From the human T2T-CHM13v2.0 reference genome, Homo sapiens: 64,000 nt of DNA. The translations under genes were made by a program, and so were the position numbers. The first letter of the stretch is position 1. Every line of letters begins with the position of its first letter. Below, one piece after another: positions 44,840 through 62,151 of this stretch. The notes beneath the pieces were generated by a model, which was not told the DNA's origin, did not search any database, and was given only the letters and a program-made list of their open reading frames with translations. Location: assembly GCF_009914755.1 (NCBI RefSeq), contig NC_060930.1. One strand, 5' to 3'.

Positions 44840-46960
44840 AATGAAACCAAAGTGAACTAGTTATAAATCCACAAGCATCTAGAGAAACCAAGAACCAATG
44901 AGAGAAATAAGCACAATTTTGTGAGGTGGGAACTGAATGAATAGGTGTTAGTTGGGTTAATTAATGACAAAAGCCAAAACCTGTTTATAGAGAAAAATTT
45001 AAATAAGAGGCATATTGTTGCACCAAGCAATGACTGGAAAGGTTCACTAATTGGAGTCACCACCAAATATAAAAACAGAACTGGATGAAAAACAGAAAGA
45101 GTGATTGAAACCCCACATAAAGTGTGTTAAGTTCCACCTCTTTTCCACTAAACCATTCAGTTTGATCTTATGGCTTCAGGACAGTAGCAGTAGACAGGGA
45201 GTTTACTCTGTGGATGAGATCCAAAAAGAAACCAGTCACAAGGCTGTGTGAGTCTTAGGCAAAGGCAGAAAGCTGGGCCATTGAGTGAGCATCTGCTGAT
45301 GAATGGTGAGGTCACTAGCTATTTTCCATGCTTAGCTTCCAGCTCAGCTTATACTGTCCAGAAAGGAGATTAAAATATTCCTGTCTAGAGAGGTGGATCA
45401 TCACATGAAAAAATATTTCCTGGTCATTCAGTTTTGAAGATATCAATTGAAATGCTTGGTTCACACCAAATCAATCAACAATAAAACTACTGGAGAGGTC
45501 TCACTCATGTTAGAGTTTCCCATAAAATTATCCTAATTTTCTTTTAAATATGTTTGCTAGTTCTATGATTATTTTCCCTAAAGTTACTTTCTTTCCATAT
45601 CTTGCTCTGTTTGGTTTCATATTTTCATTCTCCAAAACCATCTCTATGTTGCCAAAGTGAGGCACTGCCCCATGACTGCATTATCAGATGAGCCACTGTC
45701 TATGCCGCTAACCTCCTGTACTAATTCTCTGTTTTAAATACTTAAAGTATTTCATTTCTTTCTGGTCGAGGTTTGACTAAAACAATATGAAAGGATAGAA
45801 AAGATCATCAGAAATGGAAAGAGTTATCTATCATAAAAGTCAGAAACAAAGGAATTTCAGAGGAAACAGGAACAATGAACAAAAAGTTTTAAATGAGCTA
45901 TAGTTAATATTCTTAGGTAGTTAACAGATATTACATCTATCAAATAAGATTAAAGAGTTCCATACACAAGAAAGTGTTCTTTTCAATTAAAGATATGATT
46001 CAATGGGAAATTCATGGAAAGGTTAATAAGATTAAAGTTAAAGAAATTTTGTAAAATGTAGAAAAAAAAGACAAATTCAAAAAAAAAAAAGTGAGACAAA
46101 CTGGCAACATTATATGATCAAATTGGAGGCTAGACGTATGACTAGGAGGAGTCCCAGAAAGAAAGAAAATAGAAATTAAGGGAAGAAAACAATTCAAAAA
46201 CATTACACAAGTAAATCTCTACAAATATTACTGCAGAAGTGTTCAGTTTTAAGGATCCACATGTTAATAAAGTAAATGAAAAAAGTACACACCAAAATGA
46301 ATTTCCCTAAACATTTGGAAAACCATAAATAGATGATTCTAAAAGTTTTCAAATAGCCAAAACAGTCCTATACATAGAATTAAGAGTCACAATATCATTA
46401 GGAATTTGCAAGAGCAATAGTGGAAGCCAAAAGACAAAACGGGGCAAAGCCTTTGAATTTCCGAGAAAACGGGAGTGTCAACTGAAAATTCTATTTTCAG
46501 GAAAGTTACTTAGGAAATGTGGAGATTCTAAAAGACTTTTCTGAAACATACGATGTCTCAAAATGTTATTTTCCAGGTATCCACAGAAAGCTACTAGAGG
46601 ATAGATGTTCTACAAAATAAAAAAGTAAATGTAGAAAAAGGAAAGGACCAGGTGAAAAAGAACAAAGGAACAGTAAGATTATATGAGAGGAAATTCCAGG
46701 TTATTGTTATAGAATAAAGTCCCAAGATGACAGTTGAAGAGCAAGCAACGTGGTCAGTCAGTTTCACAGTCTGGCCTGAAAACAGGAGGACTTGGAGGCA
46801 GATGTCTTCATGAAGGTTAGAAAAAGAAACTAAATGTATTACTGGAGTACAAACATGTTTGAAATTTTTAACATGTACATATAACTCTGTGAAAGTGGGA
46901 GGATAATAAGTGTGTGTTCATGGAAACCTAACCAATTAAATCAAATTTTAGACAGAAAGA
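44840..46960 (+). mobile_element. HAL1 / ancient L1 ORF1-type element
   Basis: ORF1-like ggagtcccagaaagaaagaaaatagaa...gcaatagtggaagccaaaagac...aaaattctattttcagg, then HAL1-like gtcccaagatgacag tail. A possible LTR fragment lies at ~45560-45784. Confidence 0.6.
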
Positions 46961-48009
46961 AAAAAAAGTAATTCTTGATTTTGGTCCTGCACCAGGAGTG
47001 GAGTATTAAGTTTTATACTTAGGTTTTATATTTAGATTTTGAAAAATTACCTTAATGACTTTGTACTTTTAGTTATTGCTACTTTATTACCATAGTAAAT
47101 AATATATACCAGAGGAATATATACTATAAAATATAGATGGAATACTAAATATAATATCTATATATTTCTACCTGTAGTATTTATATCATAATCTATACTA
47201 TGAATATTTGTATATAACATAAACAAAAAGCAAACTATATAAGATTTATATTGTTTTATAATAATAGCTCTTTGCCTCAGCAAATAGCTCATTTGTTGAT
47301 TTTATACAAGAGCATTGAGGCTTTTTTTTTCCAAGAGATAACATGACTTAGATTAAATATTTTACTTGAATAAATAATCTTTGATGCCGTTTTCAATACC
47401 TAAATTCTAGGACTCCATGAATAATTCAAAACAGAAACATAAAATATAGCTATTACTGATAAAAAATTTATTTCATTTTAAAGCTATATTGCCTTAATGG
47501 GTTTTCCCCATAATTCGAAATTAAAGAAATATTTCCAGTCAAACATAAGATTCATTTTCATAAGGGAAAAAGTTTTTTAATAGCAAGCTAAAATGGATAG
47601 CTATGATAGCAACCATGTATGCATATTTAGATGCAATAATTAGATTTATGCTTATAGTTTCTAAAAATGACTGTAGGCAATTATCATCAACTGTAGTGAA
47701 TTCAGAAGGCTTCTACTGAGGGAATAGCATCCTTTAAAGACCATAAACTGTAAAGAACATGTATTTTCAGAGTCATAATACTTTTTTCTATTCTAGTTGA
47801 AAAAAGTTTGACTATTTTATTTCTTCCCTATATTAGTTATGTTGTTATTCTCACACATATTCTTTTGTATTACTTAGATTTTCTGTTATGATTTACTGTA
47901 CTTATTGTTTTATGACAGGCTATTATGTTGGGAAGAAATTTTCATAGTTAAAACTCTACCACAATACTTTGACATGAACATAGATTAAGGCTTATTTGTT
48001 TTCCTGATA

Positions 48010-48290
48010 AGCTTTTTTTAACAAAATATTTTTAATTATTATGATTACCTAACAATTATATATGTTTATTGGGTACATGTGATGTTTTGATACATGCATA
48101 CAATATGTAATGATCAAATCTGCATTACTGGGATATACATGAACTAAAGTATTTTTTATTTCTTTGTGTTAGGAATATCCCAATTGCATTTTTGAGACAT
48201 TTTAAAATATACAGTAAATTTTTGTCAACTATAATCACCCTATTGTGGTATCAAGTACTAGTTCTTATTCATTCTAACTGACTGATTTTT
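48010..48290 (-). mobile_element. L1MA 3'-end fragment
   Basis: gggtacatgtgatgttttgatacatgcatacaatatgtaatgatcaaatc...aactataatcaccctattgtg. Confidence 0.85.
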
Positions 48291-48899
48291 AATGCTAATC
48301 TTTTTAACCTAAAATTCAGATTATTTTCTCATATTCATAGTCTCATGTGATCATAGTCTCCTGGTGTTTCTCACCCCAAGATTTACATAATATTAATACA
48401 TTGTTTTTGCATATCATCGGGTAGTTTCAGCATACCTTTCAGTACACAGGGGAAGATTTAAAATGTCATTTCTCCAGTAAACATAGATAAAATAATAACC
48501 ATATGTAGTCAATATCTTTAATATCAATTGTGAGAGTGCTTTATCAGATTTGGTGCTTAATACCAAACATTGAGAGGTATCTACTAGCAGAGATTTGTTT
48601 TATTTTCAATTTTTACAAGGTGAAGTTTAAGGCCCAATATTCTTTATAATGTGCTATGTGATTATCTGTCTCAAAATAATTTTAACATAAAACTATCCAG
48701 GGGTAGAATCCCTGTTTTAATGTATCACCTTATCTATCAAAAGATATTTTCATATCCAAATATCCAGATAATGCCTTTGTTTCTTCATATTCCAGCTAAT
48801 TTTTTAAATGCCCACATGGAAATTAGGATATCCATTTCAAAGGTACATTTCAAAATTCCCTTATTCCATCTTCTTTAAAAAATATGTTTATATAAGGTA

Positions 48900-50055
48900 A
48901 CAATTCCAACAGTGTGCCATTGGGTTTATAGCCCAAATAGACATAATATGTATAATAGTAATAGCACAAGAAAGTACAGGTGGTGGAACAATACAAAAAT
49001 AAAGTTTATGTATTTCACTAAAACCAAGTTTGTTTTTAACTGAAGTAGATTCTGATTAGTTAAGATGTGTAATGTAAGCCAAAGAACATCAAGTAAGAAA
49101 ATAACACAAAGATAGAATTTAAAAATTATACACAATAATAAAGGAATCCATTCTCTTAAGAACTCATATCAATTCTTAATTTATATGCACCTAACAACAG
49201 ATCCTTAAAACCGATAGAACTTGAGACACTAAAAGAACATCAGGGAGAAATGCTAAATTTGATATTATAGTTGGAGTCTTCAACACCCTTCTGTTAGTAA
49301 TTGATAAATCTAGTAGGAAGAAAATCAGTAAAAATATATTTCAACTGAACAGTGCTATCAATCAACTGAACATAATAGACAACTATAGACTCCTTCATCT
49401 AACAGCAGTAGAATAGACAATTTTCTGAAGCTCACAGAGAACGTTCACTAAGATAGACCAGATTTGAGCCATAAAACACACCTTAATAAGTTTAAAATAT
49501 AATAAATTTTACAAAGTATGTTCTCAGCCCACAATGGAATGAAACTAGAAATCCATAACTGAAATACTGGAACACCCAAAACACTTACAGATTAAACAAC
49601 ATACTTCTAAATAAAATATGGGTCAAAGGAGAAGTCTCAAAAGAAATTAAAAATATATATTGAACTAAGTAAAAATAAAAATGTTACTGATCAAAATTTG
49701 TGGGATGCAACAAAAATTGTGTTTACAGGGAAATTTATATCACTAAATGCATATTATTATAAAGTAAGAAAGATCTAAAATCTTTCTTCCATTTAGAAAT
49801 CTAGAAAAAGAAAAGCAAGTTAAATGCACTGTAAACAGAAGAAAATAAATAATAACAATTAGAAAAAATCAATAATATTGAAAATAGGAAACAAGTAGAG
49901 AAGAGCACCAAAATGAAAAGTACTTAGAAAAGATCAATACACTAAGAACCCTCCAGGAAGGTTATCTAAGAGAAAAAGAGAAAAGACCCAAATTATTCAT
50001 GCCAGAAAAGAGAGAGAGACCATCAAAGTAGATCCCATGGACATTAAAATGACAA
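48900..50055 (+). mobile_element. Old L1M (L1MB-like) inter-ORF and ORF2 endonuclease region
   Basis: ttatatgcacctaacaacaga, gttggagtcttcaacaccctt, cacaatggaatgaaactagaaatc, caaaatttgtgggatgca. Confidence 0.8.
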
Positions 50056-51193
50056 AATACTAGCAAACTGAATTCAGCAGCTCATTAAAAAGATCATTCA
50101 CCGTGATCAAGTGGAATTCATCTGAGGGATGCAAGGATGGTTCAAATATGTAAATACATAAATGTGATACACTACATTAACAGAATGAAGAACAGAAACC
50201 ACGTAATTATCTTGACAAATACAGAAAAAGCATTTGACAAAATTTAAGACCCTTTTGTGATAAAAATTATCAACCCATTAGATATAGAAGGAATGTACCT
50301 CAGTACAAGAAAGGTCAAATATGACAAACCCACAGCTAATATCATACTGAACAGCGAAAAGTTGAAAAACTTCTTCTCTAAGATCTGGAACAAGACAATG
50401 ATGCCCACCTTTGTCATTTCTACTCAACATAATACTGGACGGTCTAGATAGAGCAATTAGGCAAGAGAGAGAAATAAAGCAATATACATTTAAAAGGAAG
50501 AAATTAACTTGTCCTTCTTTGCAGATGACATGATCTTTTGTAGAGAAAACCCTAAAGACCACCCTAGAAATTGTTAGAACCAGTATACAGTAAAGCTTAG
50601 AATACAAAACTGACCTACAAAAATTAGTAACATATATACGAATAAAGGACCATTTGAAAAATGAACCAAGGAAACAATTCTGTTTATAATAGCTACAAAA
50701 TACTTAGAAATAACCTTTTTTATTTTTAATTTTGTGGATATATAATAGTTATACATATTTATGTGGTAAATGTGATATTTTGATAAAAGCATACAATTTG
50801 TAATGATCAAATTAGGGCAATTGGGTTATCCATCACTTCAAACATTTATTATTTCTTCATGTTAGAAATACCTGTTATGATAACTATAGTTAATAGTTAA
50901 TAAGATCTACCTATTGTAGTAGATCTTCTTCCTTCTTTCTAACTGTATTTTTCCACCCATTAACCAACCCATCTTTATTCCTTTACCTGCATCATTTTTC
51001 CCAGCCTCTGGTAGTCATTATTCTATGCTTTATCTTCATGAGATCGTTTTTTTAGCTCCCATATGTGAGTGAGAATATATGATGTGTCTTTCTGTGCCTG
51101 CTTTATTTTACTTAAAATAATGTCCTCTAGTTTCGTCCACGTTGTTGCAAATGACAGGATTTTATTTTTTTTATGGTTGAATAGTATTACGTT

Positions 51194-51230
51194 GTGTGTG
51201 TATATATATATATATGTATACACACACACA

Positions 51231-51282
<52 letters not shown>
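51194..51282 (+). repeat. Compound (TG)(TA)(CA)n(TA)n microsatellite
   Basis: Directly visible. Confidence 0.95.
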
Positions 51283-52157
51283 ATTTTCTTTATCCTTTCA
51301 TCCTCTGATAGACACATATGTTGATTCCATATCTTGGCTATTGTGACTACTTCTGCAATAAACATAGGAGGGCAAATATCTCTTCAACATACTGGTTTTC
51401 TTTCTTTTGAATATATACCCAGCAGTGTCATTGGTGGGTCATATGATAGATCTATTTTTAGTTTTTGGGGGAAATCTCCACTGTCATTCCTTAGTAGCTC
51501 TACTAATTTACATTCCCACCAACAGTATAAAAGTGTTCTCCTTTCTCTTCATCCTCACCAGTATCTTTTTTTTTTTTTTAGTTTTTTGATAAAAAACATT
51601 TTAACTGAGGTGAAATTATATCTCATTGTTTTGATTTGCATATCTTATGCTTAGTGATGTTGAGCATTTTTTCATGTACCACTTGGCCATTTTTATGTCC
51701 TCTTATGAGAAATGTCCATTCAATTATTTTATCCATTTTTTTCTTAAGCACTTGGGTTTTTTGTTATTGAGTTGTTTGAGTTCCTTATATATTATGATTA
51801 TTAATTTTTCAGTTGAATTATTTGCAAATATTTTCTTTTATTCTGTGGATTGTCCCTTCACTTTAATTATTTCCTTTGCTGTACAGAAGGCTTTTAGCTT
51901 GATGTGATCACATTTGCCAATAATTTCTTTCTTTCCCTGTGTTTTTAAGGTCTTACTCAAGAAATCTTTGCCCAGACCAATATCCTGGAGCATTCCCCAG
52001 CATTTTCTTCTACTAGTTTCATAGTTTCAGGTTTTACATTTAAGTATTTAAACCATTTCGATTTGATTTTTGTGTATTATGAGGGACAGGAGTCTGATTT
52101 TATTCTTCTACATACAGTTAGCCAGTTTTCACAGCATCACTTATTTAAAAAACTGTC

Positions 52158-54792
<2,635 letters not shown>

Positions 54793-55964
54793 AAAAAACT
54801 GTCTTTTCTCTAAATAAAAAAAATCCTAAAATTCACATGAAACAACAGAAACCTTGAATAGCCAAAGTAATTTTGAGCAAAAAGAACAACACTGGAGGTA
54901 TATTACCTGATTTTAAAATGTACTACAAATCTATAGTAACCAACACTGCATGATGATGGATGAAAAATAGACACATAGACCAATGGAACAAAATAGATAA
55001 CCCAGACCTAAAGCAATAAGACTACTAGAAGAAAATGTGGGGAAAAAATGCTTTCTGATATTGGTCTGGACAAGAATTTTTTGAATAAGACTCCAAAAGC
55101 ACAAGCAGCAAAAGGAAAAATGGATGAATGGGATGATATCAAAATAAAAATCTTCTGCTTGAAAAATTAAAAAATCAACACAGTGAAAAGACATCCTACA
55201 GAATGAGAGAAAATATTTGCAAACTATGTATCTGAAAAAGGTTTAATATTCAACATATATAAAGAACTCAATAGCAAACAATAATTATTATTATGATAAT
55301 TTATTTTTAAAAGTGGACAAAAGACTGACTAGACATTTCTTCAAAGAAAACATACAAATGACTAATAAATATTTGAAAAAAGTGTTTAATGTCAGCAATC
55401 ATCAGGAAAATGCAAATCAAAACCACAATGAGACACCACCACCCAATTATTAAATTGGGTATATTGAAAAGCAAAATGAAACAAATGCTGACATAAACGT
55501 GGAAAAAAGAATGTCTGAACACCACAGATGGGAATCTAAATTAGTAAAACTACTAAGGAAAATAATATGAAAATTCCTCAAAAAACCAAAACTAGATCTG
55601 CCATAGTATCCAGCAATCCTATTTCTGAGTATATATTATAAAGAAAGGAAGTTAATGTGTTGAAGTGATACCTGCACCCCATGTTTATTGAAGCACTATT
55701 CACAATAGCCAAAATTTGAAATCAACCTAAGTGTCCATCAGTGGATCAATGGATAAACAAAATGTATAGATGCACAATGGAATATAATTCATCCATTAAA
55801 AAATGAAATGCTGTCATTTGAGACACGGTTGAACATGAAGAAAATTATGTTAAGTTAAACCAGGCACAAAAAAGACAAATATTTCATGACCTTATCGATA
55901 TGTGGGAGCTAAAAATTTTGTTCTCATAAAAGTAGAGAATAGAATAGTGATTCCAGAGGCTAGG

Positions 55965-56670
55965 GAGAGAGGAGAAAGAAAGAAACCATCAGGCAGGCAG
56001 TTAGAGTGGGTCCTCAGTAAAACTCCTTTAAACTAGGAACAGCCTGAAAATAAAACTGCAGGCCCCATAAGATAAGAAAGAGTCTGCATTCTTGGATGGA
56101 AATGCCTACTCTTTGAACCCAGATGAACAAATTCCACTCCTGTTTTGGACACATTTCCCTCTCCTTGGCTTACCCCTCTGTCTCGTTTCACACACTTCCT
56201 CCCAACTGGTCCTTATCTTTCACTTATTTTACATATACCTATATTTCTGTGTTTGGTCATGGGCCGAACATTAGTTTGCATAAAGTGTAACATTCCTCCA
56301 GCCCCTGATTGGTTGTAGGCTGAGCCTTTACCTCTGCCTTCAATTGGTTCTTTCCACTAACATGTCTCTTTCTGATTGGTGCTTCCTCCAAGTTGGCCCG
56401 CAGACCAATCAGTGCATTCCTCCTCCTTCCAAGTGTATAAAAACCCTTAACTTAGCCTCACAGCCAGAAACCCTATCTCAGATCCCTTCTCCTTGGTGAG
56501 AGCTTCTCTGCTGCTTAATAAATCCAACTCTGCATTACTCACTCTCTGGTGTGCATGTGGCTTATTATTCTTGGTTGTGGGACAAGAACCTGGAGCTTGC
56601 CAGTGGTGGGAGTAAACGAGCTGTAACACTTTCTCTCACTAGCTGAAAACCTAGAGTGAAAAAGCTGTGA
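55965..56670 (+). mobile_element. ERV1 solo LTR (LTR27/LTR28/MER61-like)
   Basis: gagagaggagaaag...caggcaggcagttagagtgggtcctc start. Several CCAAT/ATTGG boxes, TATA (gtataaaaac ~56435), AATAAA (~56517), gagctgtaacac near the end. Confidence 0.7.
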
Positions 56671-56904
56671 TGGGGAGAAAAAACTATGGAAAAAACTATG
56701 ATGGGGAGAGGGCTGGTGGGAAAGGAAGAGATTGGTCAATGGTTACAAAGATACAGTTAAATTGGAGAAATAATTATGGTATTATATTTAACAGCAGGGT
56801 GACTACGGTTAACAATATTTCATATTTCCAAATAGCTAGAAGATAGGATTTTGAATATTCTCACTACAAGAAAATTATAAATATTTGAATTGATCTCAAA
56901 TATT

Positions 56905-58485
56905 TCTAGAGATCTCTAGAGATCTGTGGAACTTTGAATTTGAGAGAGATGATTTAGGGTATCTGGTAGAATAAAATCCTAAACAGCAAAGCTCTTAAGA
57001 GTTGACAGAGCATTAAAGTTAGGAAAATTTGCAGGCTGACAATGTGATAGAAAAGAAAAACCCATTTTCTGGGGAAAAATTCAAGCGTGCTGATGAAATT
57101 TGTGTAACAAGGAGCCAAATGTTAATCATCCAGACAATGGGGAAAAATGTCTCCGGGGCATGTCAGAAGCCTTCATGGCAGTTCTCCCATCACAGGCCTA
57201 GAGGCCTAAGGCCCCAGGCCTTCTTGCTTTGTGCAGTCTTGGGAATTGGTGCCCTGCTTTCTAGCAGTGGTTAAAAGGAGCCAATGTGCAGGTCAGGCCA
57301 TTCATTGCTTCAGAGAGTGCAATCCCCATGCCTTGGTAGCTTACACGTGGTATTGGCCTGTGGATATGCTGGAGTCAAGAATTGAGGTTTGGGAACCTCT
57401 GCCTAGATTTCAGAGGATGTATGGAAATGCCTGGATATACAGGCAGAAGTTTGTTGCAGGGGTGGAGCCCTCATAGAGGCAGTGAGGAAGGGAAATGTGG
57501 GGTCAGAGCCCCCACATAGAGTCCTCCATGGGGCACTGCCTAGTGGAGCTGTGAGAAGAAGGCGACCATCCCTCCAGACTCCAGAATGGTAAATCCACTG
57601 ACAGATTGCACCATGCACCTGAAAAAGCCGGAGACACTCAATGCCAGCCTGTGAAAGCAACCAGGAGAGGAGCTGTACCCTGTAAAGCCACAGGAGTGGA
57701 ACTGCCTAAGGCCTTGGGAGCCCACCTCTTGCATTCACATGACCTGGATGTGAGACATGGAGCCAAAATGATGATTTCAGAACTTTAAGATTTGACTGCT
57801 TTATTGGATTTTGGATCTGGATGAGGCCTGTAGCCCCTTTGTTTTGGCCAATTTCTCCCATTTGGAATGAGTGTATTTACCCAATGCCTCTATTTACCAT
57901 TCCTCTATTGTATATAGGAAGTAACTAACTTAATATTGATTTTATGGGCTCATAGGTGGAAGGAACTTGCCTTGTCTCAGATGGGACTTTGGACTTGGAC
58001 TTCTGAGTTAATGCTGAAATGAGTTAAGATTTTGAAGGACTGCTAGAAGACCATAATTGTGTTTTGAAATGTGAGGTCATGAGATTTGTGAGGGGACTGG
58101 GCAGAATGATATGGTTTGTCTCTGTTTCCCCCACCCAAATCTCACTTTGAATTTTAATACCCATAGTCCCCACATGTCAAGGGTGGGATCACGTGGAGGT
58201 AATTGGATCATGGGGGTGGTTTACCCCATGCTATTCTCCTGATAATGAGTGAGTCTCACGAGATCTGATGGTTTCATAAGCATCTGGCATTTCCTCTGCT
58301 TGCACTCACTCTGTTCTGCTGCCCTGTGAAGAAAGTGTCTGCTTCTCCTTTGCCTTTTGCCCCAATTATAAGTTTTCAGAGGCCTCCCCAGCAATGTGGA
58401 ACTGTGAGTCTATTACACCTCTTTCATTTATAAATTACTCAGTCTCAGGTATTTCTTTATAGAAGTGTGAGAATGGACTAATACA
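56905..58485 (+). mobile_element. THE1 (C/D-like) partial internal region plus 3' LTR (58107-58485); 5' LTR absent
   Basis: ctagagatctgtggaactttgaa...gatgatttagggtatctgg internal; LTR tgatatggtttg...gaatggactaataca. Confidence 0.92.
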
Positions 58486-59045
58486 GCTACTGTTGCCCTA
58501 ATATCAAAAACAGATTAAAAAAAAAGAAAAACCATAGACCAATATTTCTCTTGAACATAAATTAAAAGACCCTTAGCAATATATTGGCAAATTTACTCTA
58601 ATTTCCAATAAATTACTAAAAAATATATACCACAAGCAAATACGATAGCTATGCAAAGTTCTATATTCAAAAATCAATTACTGTACTTCATACCAATAAG
58701 CTGTAAGAAGAAAAATCAGGTGATCATATCATTACATGAACTTAGAATACACAATGTAAGTGAAAGAATCTAGTCACAAAATACTGCATATTGTATAATT
58801 CCATTTTTATTACATGCTCAGAATAAGCAAATACGGAGAGACAGCAAAAAAGTTACTGGATTTTTGTGCCTGGAGGAGAGGGTAGAAAGCAGTTACTGTT
58901 TATGTGTATGAAATTTCCTTTAGAGAAACTAAAAAATTAGATTGTGGTAATGTTTGCACACTTTGTAAATGCACTTAAAATTGATTTTATACTTTAAATC
59001 AGACAATTTTGAGGCCTATGAATTTTATTTTAATCAAGCATTTTA
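58486..59045 (+). mobile_element. L1MB-like ORF2 fragment plus 3' UTR
   Basis: ccatagaccaatatttctc...; 3' UTR aagtgaaagaatctagtcacaaaatactgcatattgtataattcc...aaattagattgtggtaatgtttgcac. Confidence 0.75.
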
Positions 59046-59238
59046 GAAAAGTTATTACCAGGGGGCTGTTTGTTTTATCCATTTTTGGATGGACCTGTTA
59101 TTGACTTTATTTTATAATTTTATATCTCCTGTTCTTTAACAAATTATTTTCAATATATTTTATTAAAACTCTCCTTCCACATGTTTTTCTTATTTTGCTA
59201 TTATTTTTCTACTTTCTAAAATGTAATAACTATATATA

Positions 59239-59470
59239 CTTGAGCCCAGGAGTTTGAGAACAGCCTGGGCAACCAGGCGAGACCTCTCTCTCTACAAAAT
59301 TTACACAAAAATTAGTCAGGCATGGTGATGTGTGCCTGTGGTCCCAGGTATTTGGGAGACTAAGGTAGGAGGATCTCTTGAGGTGAGGAATTGCTTGAAG
59401 CTGCAGTGAGTCACGATCACGCTATTGCTCTCCAGCCTGGGCAACAGAGCAAGAGACCATCTCAAAAAAA

Positions 59471-59500
<30 letters not shown>
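59239..59500 (+). mobile_element. 5'-truncated AluJ with (GA)n after the tail
   Basis: cttgagcccaggagtttgag...gctgcagtgag...ccagcctgggcaacagagc; (GA)n at 59476-59500. Confidence 0.88.
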
Positions 59501-59501
<1 letters not shown>

Positions 59502-59761
59502 AGACTGTACATTTTCCTTTGAGTGGGATTTTATTATTTCATAATATTTAATCTAAATGTTTTTTCATTGTTTCTCTGAATAATTTTAATAATGCTATTT
59601 TACTTTTTTAATTTAATTTTCTGCTGAATAGTAATTAACAATTTTCAGCTATACACTAAAAATATTAACTACACTGCACATTTTTCCTATCCAATAAGTT
59701 ACTTTTTGTGATTAAGTACATAAGAAATGTTTATAAATAATCCATAAAATTTCATTGTATT

Positions 59762-60068
59762 GGCTGGGCACGGTGGCTCATTTCTGTAATCCCAGCATAT
59801 TGGGAGGCCGAGGTGGGCGGATCACGAGGTCAGGAGATCGAGACCATCCTGGCTAACACGGTGAAACCCCATCTCTACTAAAAAAAAATACAAAAAATTA
59901 GCCGGGCATGGTGGCAGGTGCCTGTAGTCCCAGCTACTCGGGAAGCTGAGGCAGGAGAATGGCGTGAACCCAGGAGGCGGAGCTTGCCGTGAGCTGAGGT
60001 TACGCCACTGCAGTCCAGCCTGGGCGACAGAGCGAGACTCGGTCTCAAAAAACAAAACAAAACAAAAC
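59762..60068 (+). mobile_element. AluY with (CAAAA)n tail
   Basis: gatcgagaccatcctggctaacacggtg and agaatggcgtgaacc are Y diagnostics. TSD aaaatttcattgtatt / aaaattgcattgtatt. Confidence 0.95.
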
Positions 60069-61532
60069 AAAAATTGCATTGTATTATGAAATCACATTTT
60101 TAAAAATTTTAAAACAACATTTTCTGGCCAATTTAAAAAAAACACATAAACTCATCTGAGATTAATTCTGTCATGGAAAGAACTGTCTAACAATAAAAGT
60201 ATAGATATGAGAATATAGATATGAGAAGATAATCTGCTAATGACTTACGAAGTAGTCACTGTAGTTTCCCTGAGTTGAGAAAAAAAAAAAAATCTCCTTT
60301 TGCTGTAAATGACAGATCTGCACCTTTTTCCTAATATGTGAAAACTTCGGAGAAAAGTGCTATCTAGCCCTAAGGTGTTTGCTCCAGGAGTAGAGCCATC
60401 AACTCAGATCTAAAATTGAATTTGAGAAGAGTGTTATGTTCATCAATCATTAGACTTCAGATGTCTAACAGTAATTCTTCTCCTGGGTTCCAGGTGAACA
60501 TCTCTCTACTTTAAAGCAGAGATTCATTGTGAGTATAAAGTCAAACAGATTTTAATGCAAGCACACAGAAAAATGGCTAGCACTTGCAATTATTTTTATA
60601 CCAGTTTTAATGAGAAAAGCAAAGTAAGCAAATTTCATCAAGTTTTATGTCTCTCAAAGAGATCCTGTTTGAGAGATTTTCAAAGTTTTATTGACTAAGT
60701 TTTATATTAAGTGTCAATCAAGTAAATTTTATGCTTATTTATTGTTTACATTTTGATTTTTATATACTTACTATCCAATATTTTCTGTTAATAAAACTCC
60801 TTATATAAAGTTGTGGGGAAAGTTCTTACTCAATTTTTTATAAGATTCTAACTTCCCGGAAAAAGGAAGTAACAAGTTTGTACATTGTATTAAATAGTTT
60901 TGTTAGAATAGTCATAAGTCTTGCATGGGTAATTGTAAAGTGTGAGAATGCTTTCTTAAAATCATAGCTAGCAGTATTTAAACAAAATAACATAACTAAA
61001 CTTAACTAAGGCAAGATGTACTTATTTTTTGTGTGACAGAAAGAAGAGTTACAGGAAAATACTTAATGTTTGCTAATGTTTTTCTGAACATTTAGGTGTC
61101 AAAATAAAGAACAGCAAAGCACACATGTTACAGTAAATTTTTGCAAAGAACCAACCAGACAAATTCAAATTTTGTGAGTGTATGATTTCTCCATTCTAGG
61201 AACTTTGAGGGCCATTTATGCTATTGTTTACCTTATTTAATATGCTGTCTTAACCAAAGTCTATTCTATGTATATTTTATAATATTGCAACAATGCTTAA
61301 AATCAGAAAATGAATGGGGCCAACTCTAAAACTTGAAATTAAAAAAATATTAGAGACGTCCAGAAGCTGAAATCAGACATGTGAGAAGAATAAAATAAAA
61401 TACTTACATGGGTTCAATTTCTTAGGGAAAATTATGGCATGTCTTAAGAGCAGATAGCAGAAAACACAAAATGTGAAAATAATAGGTAGTTACATTCAAT
61501 TAAAAAACAGTTCAAAAATACTACTTGGTTGA

Positions 61533-61861
<329 letters not shown>

Positions 61862-62151
61862 TACTTGTTCTAAAGATGAGAAACTTGAAATTCCATCATA
61901 TTGGTTGACTGATAAGCAGCATGTAAATGGTAGTGACAGTCTTCGCTTTAGAATTTAGGGGCCAGTTCCCAATTTAGTGCACTTTCTACATCCACTCATC
62001 ATGCTCTGCATTACGGGAGTTTGTTAGAGATACTACTTTAAAGCATCAGTTAGTTAAGAAGAGTATTTCTCATTTTCTTAAAGTAGAAATTTTCAAGGAA
62101 CACTGAGTTATTTTCTTGGCCAGTAGTAAGAAAATATTTACATATATTTTT

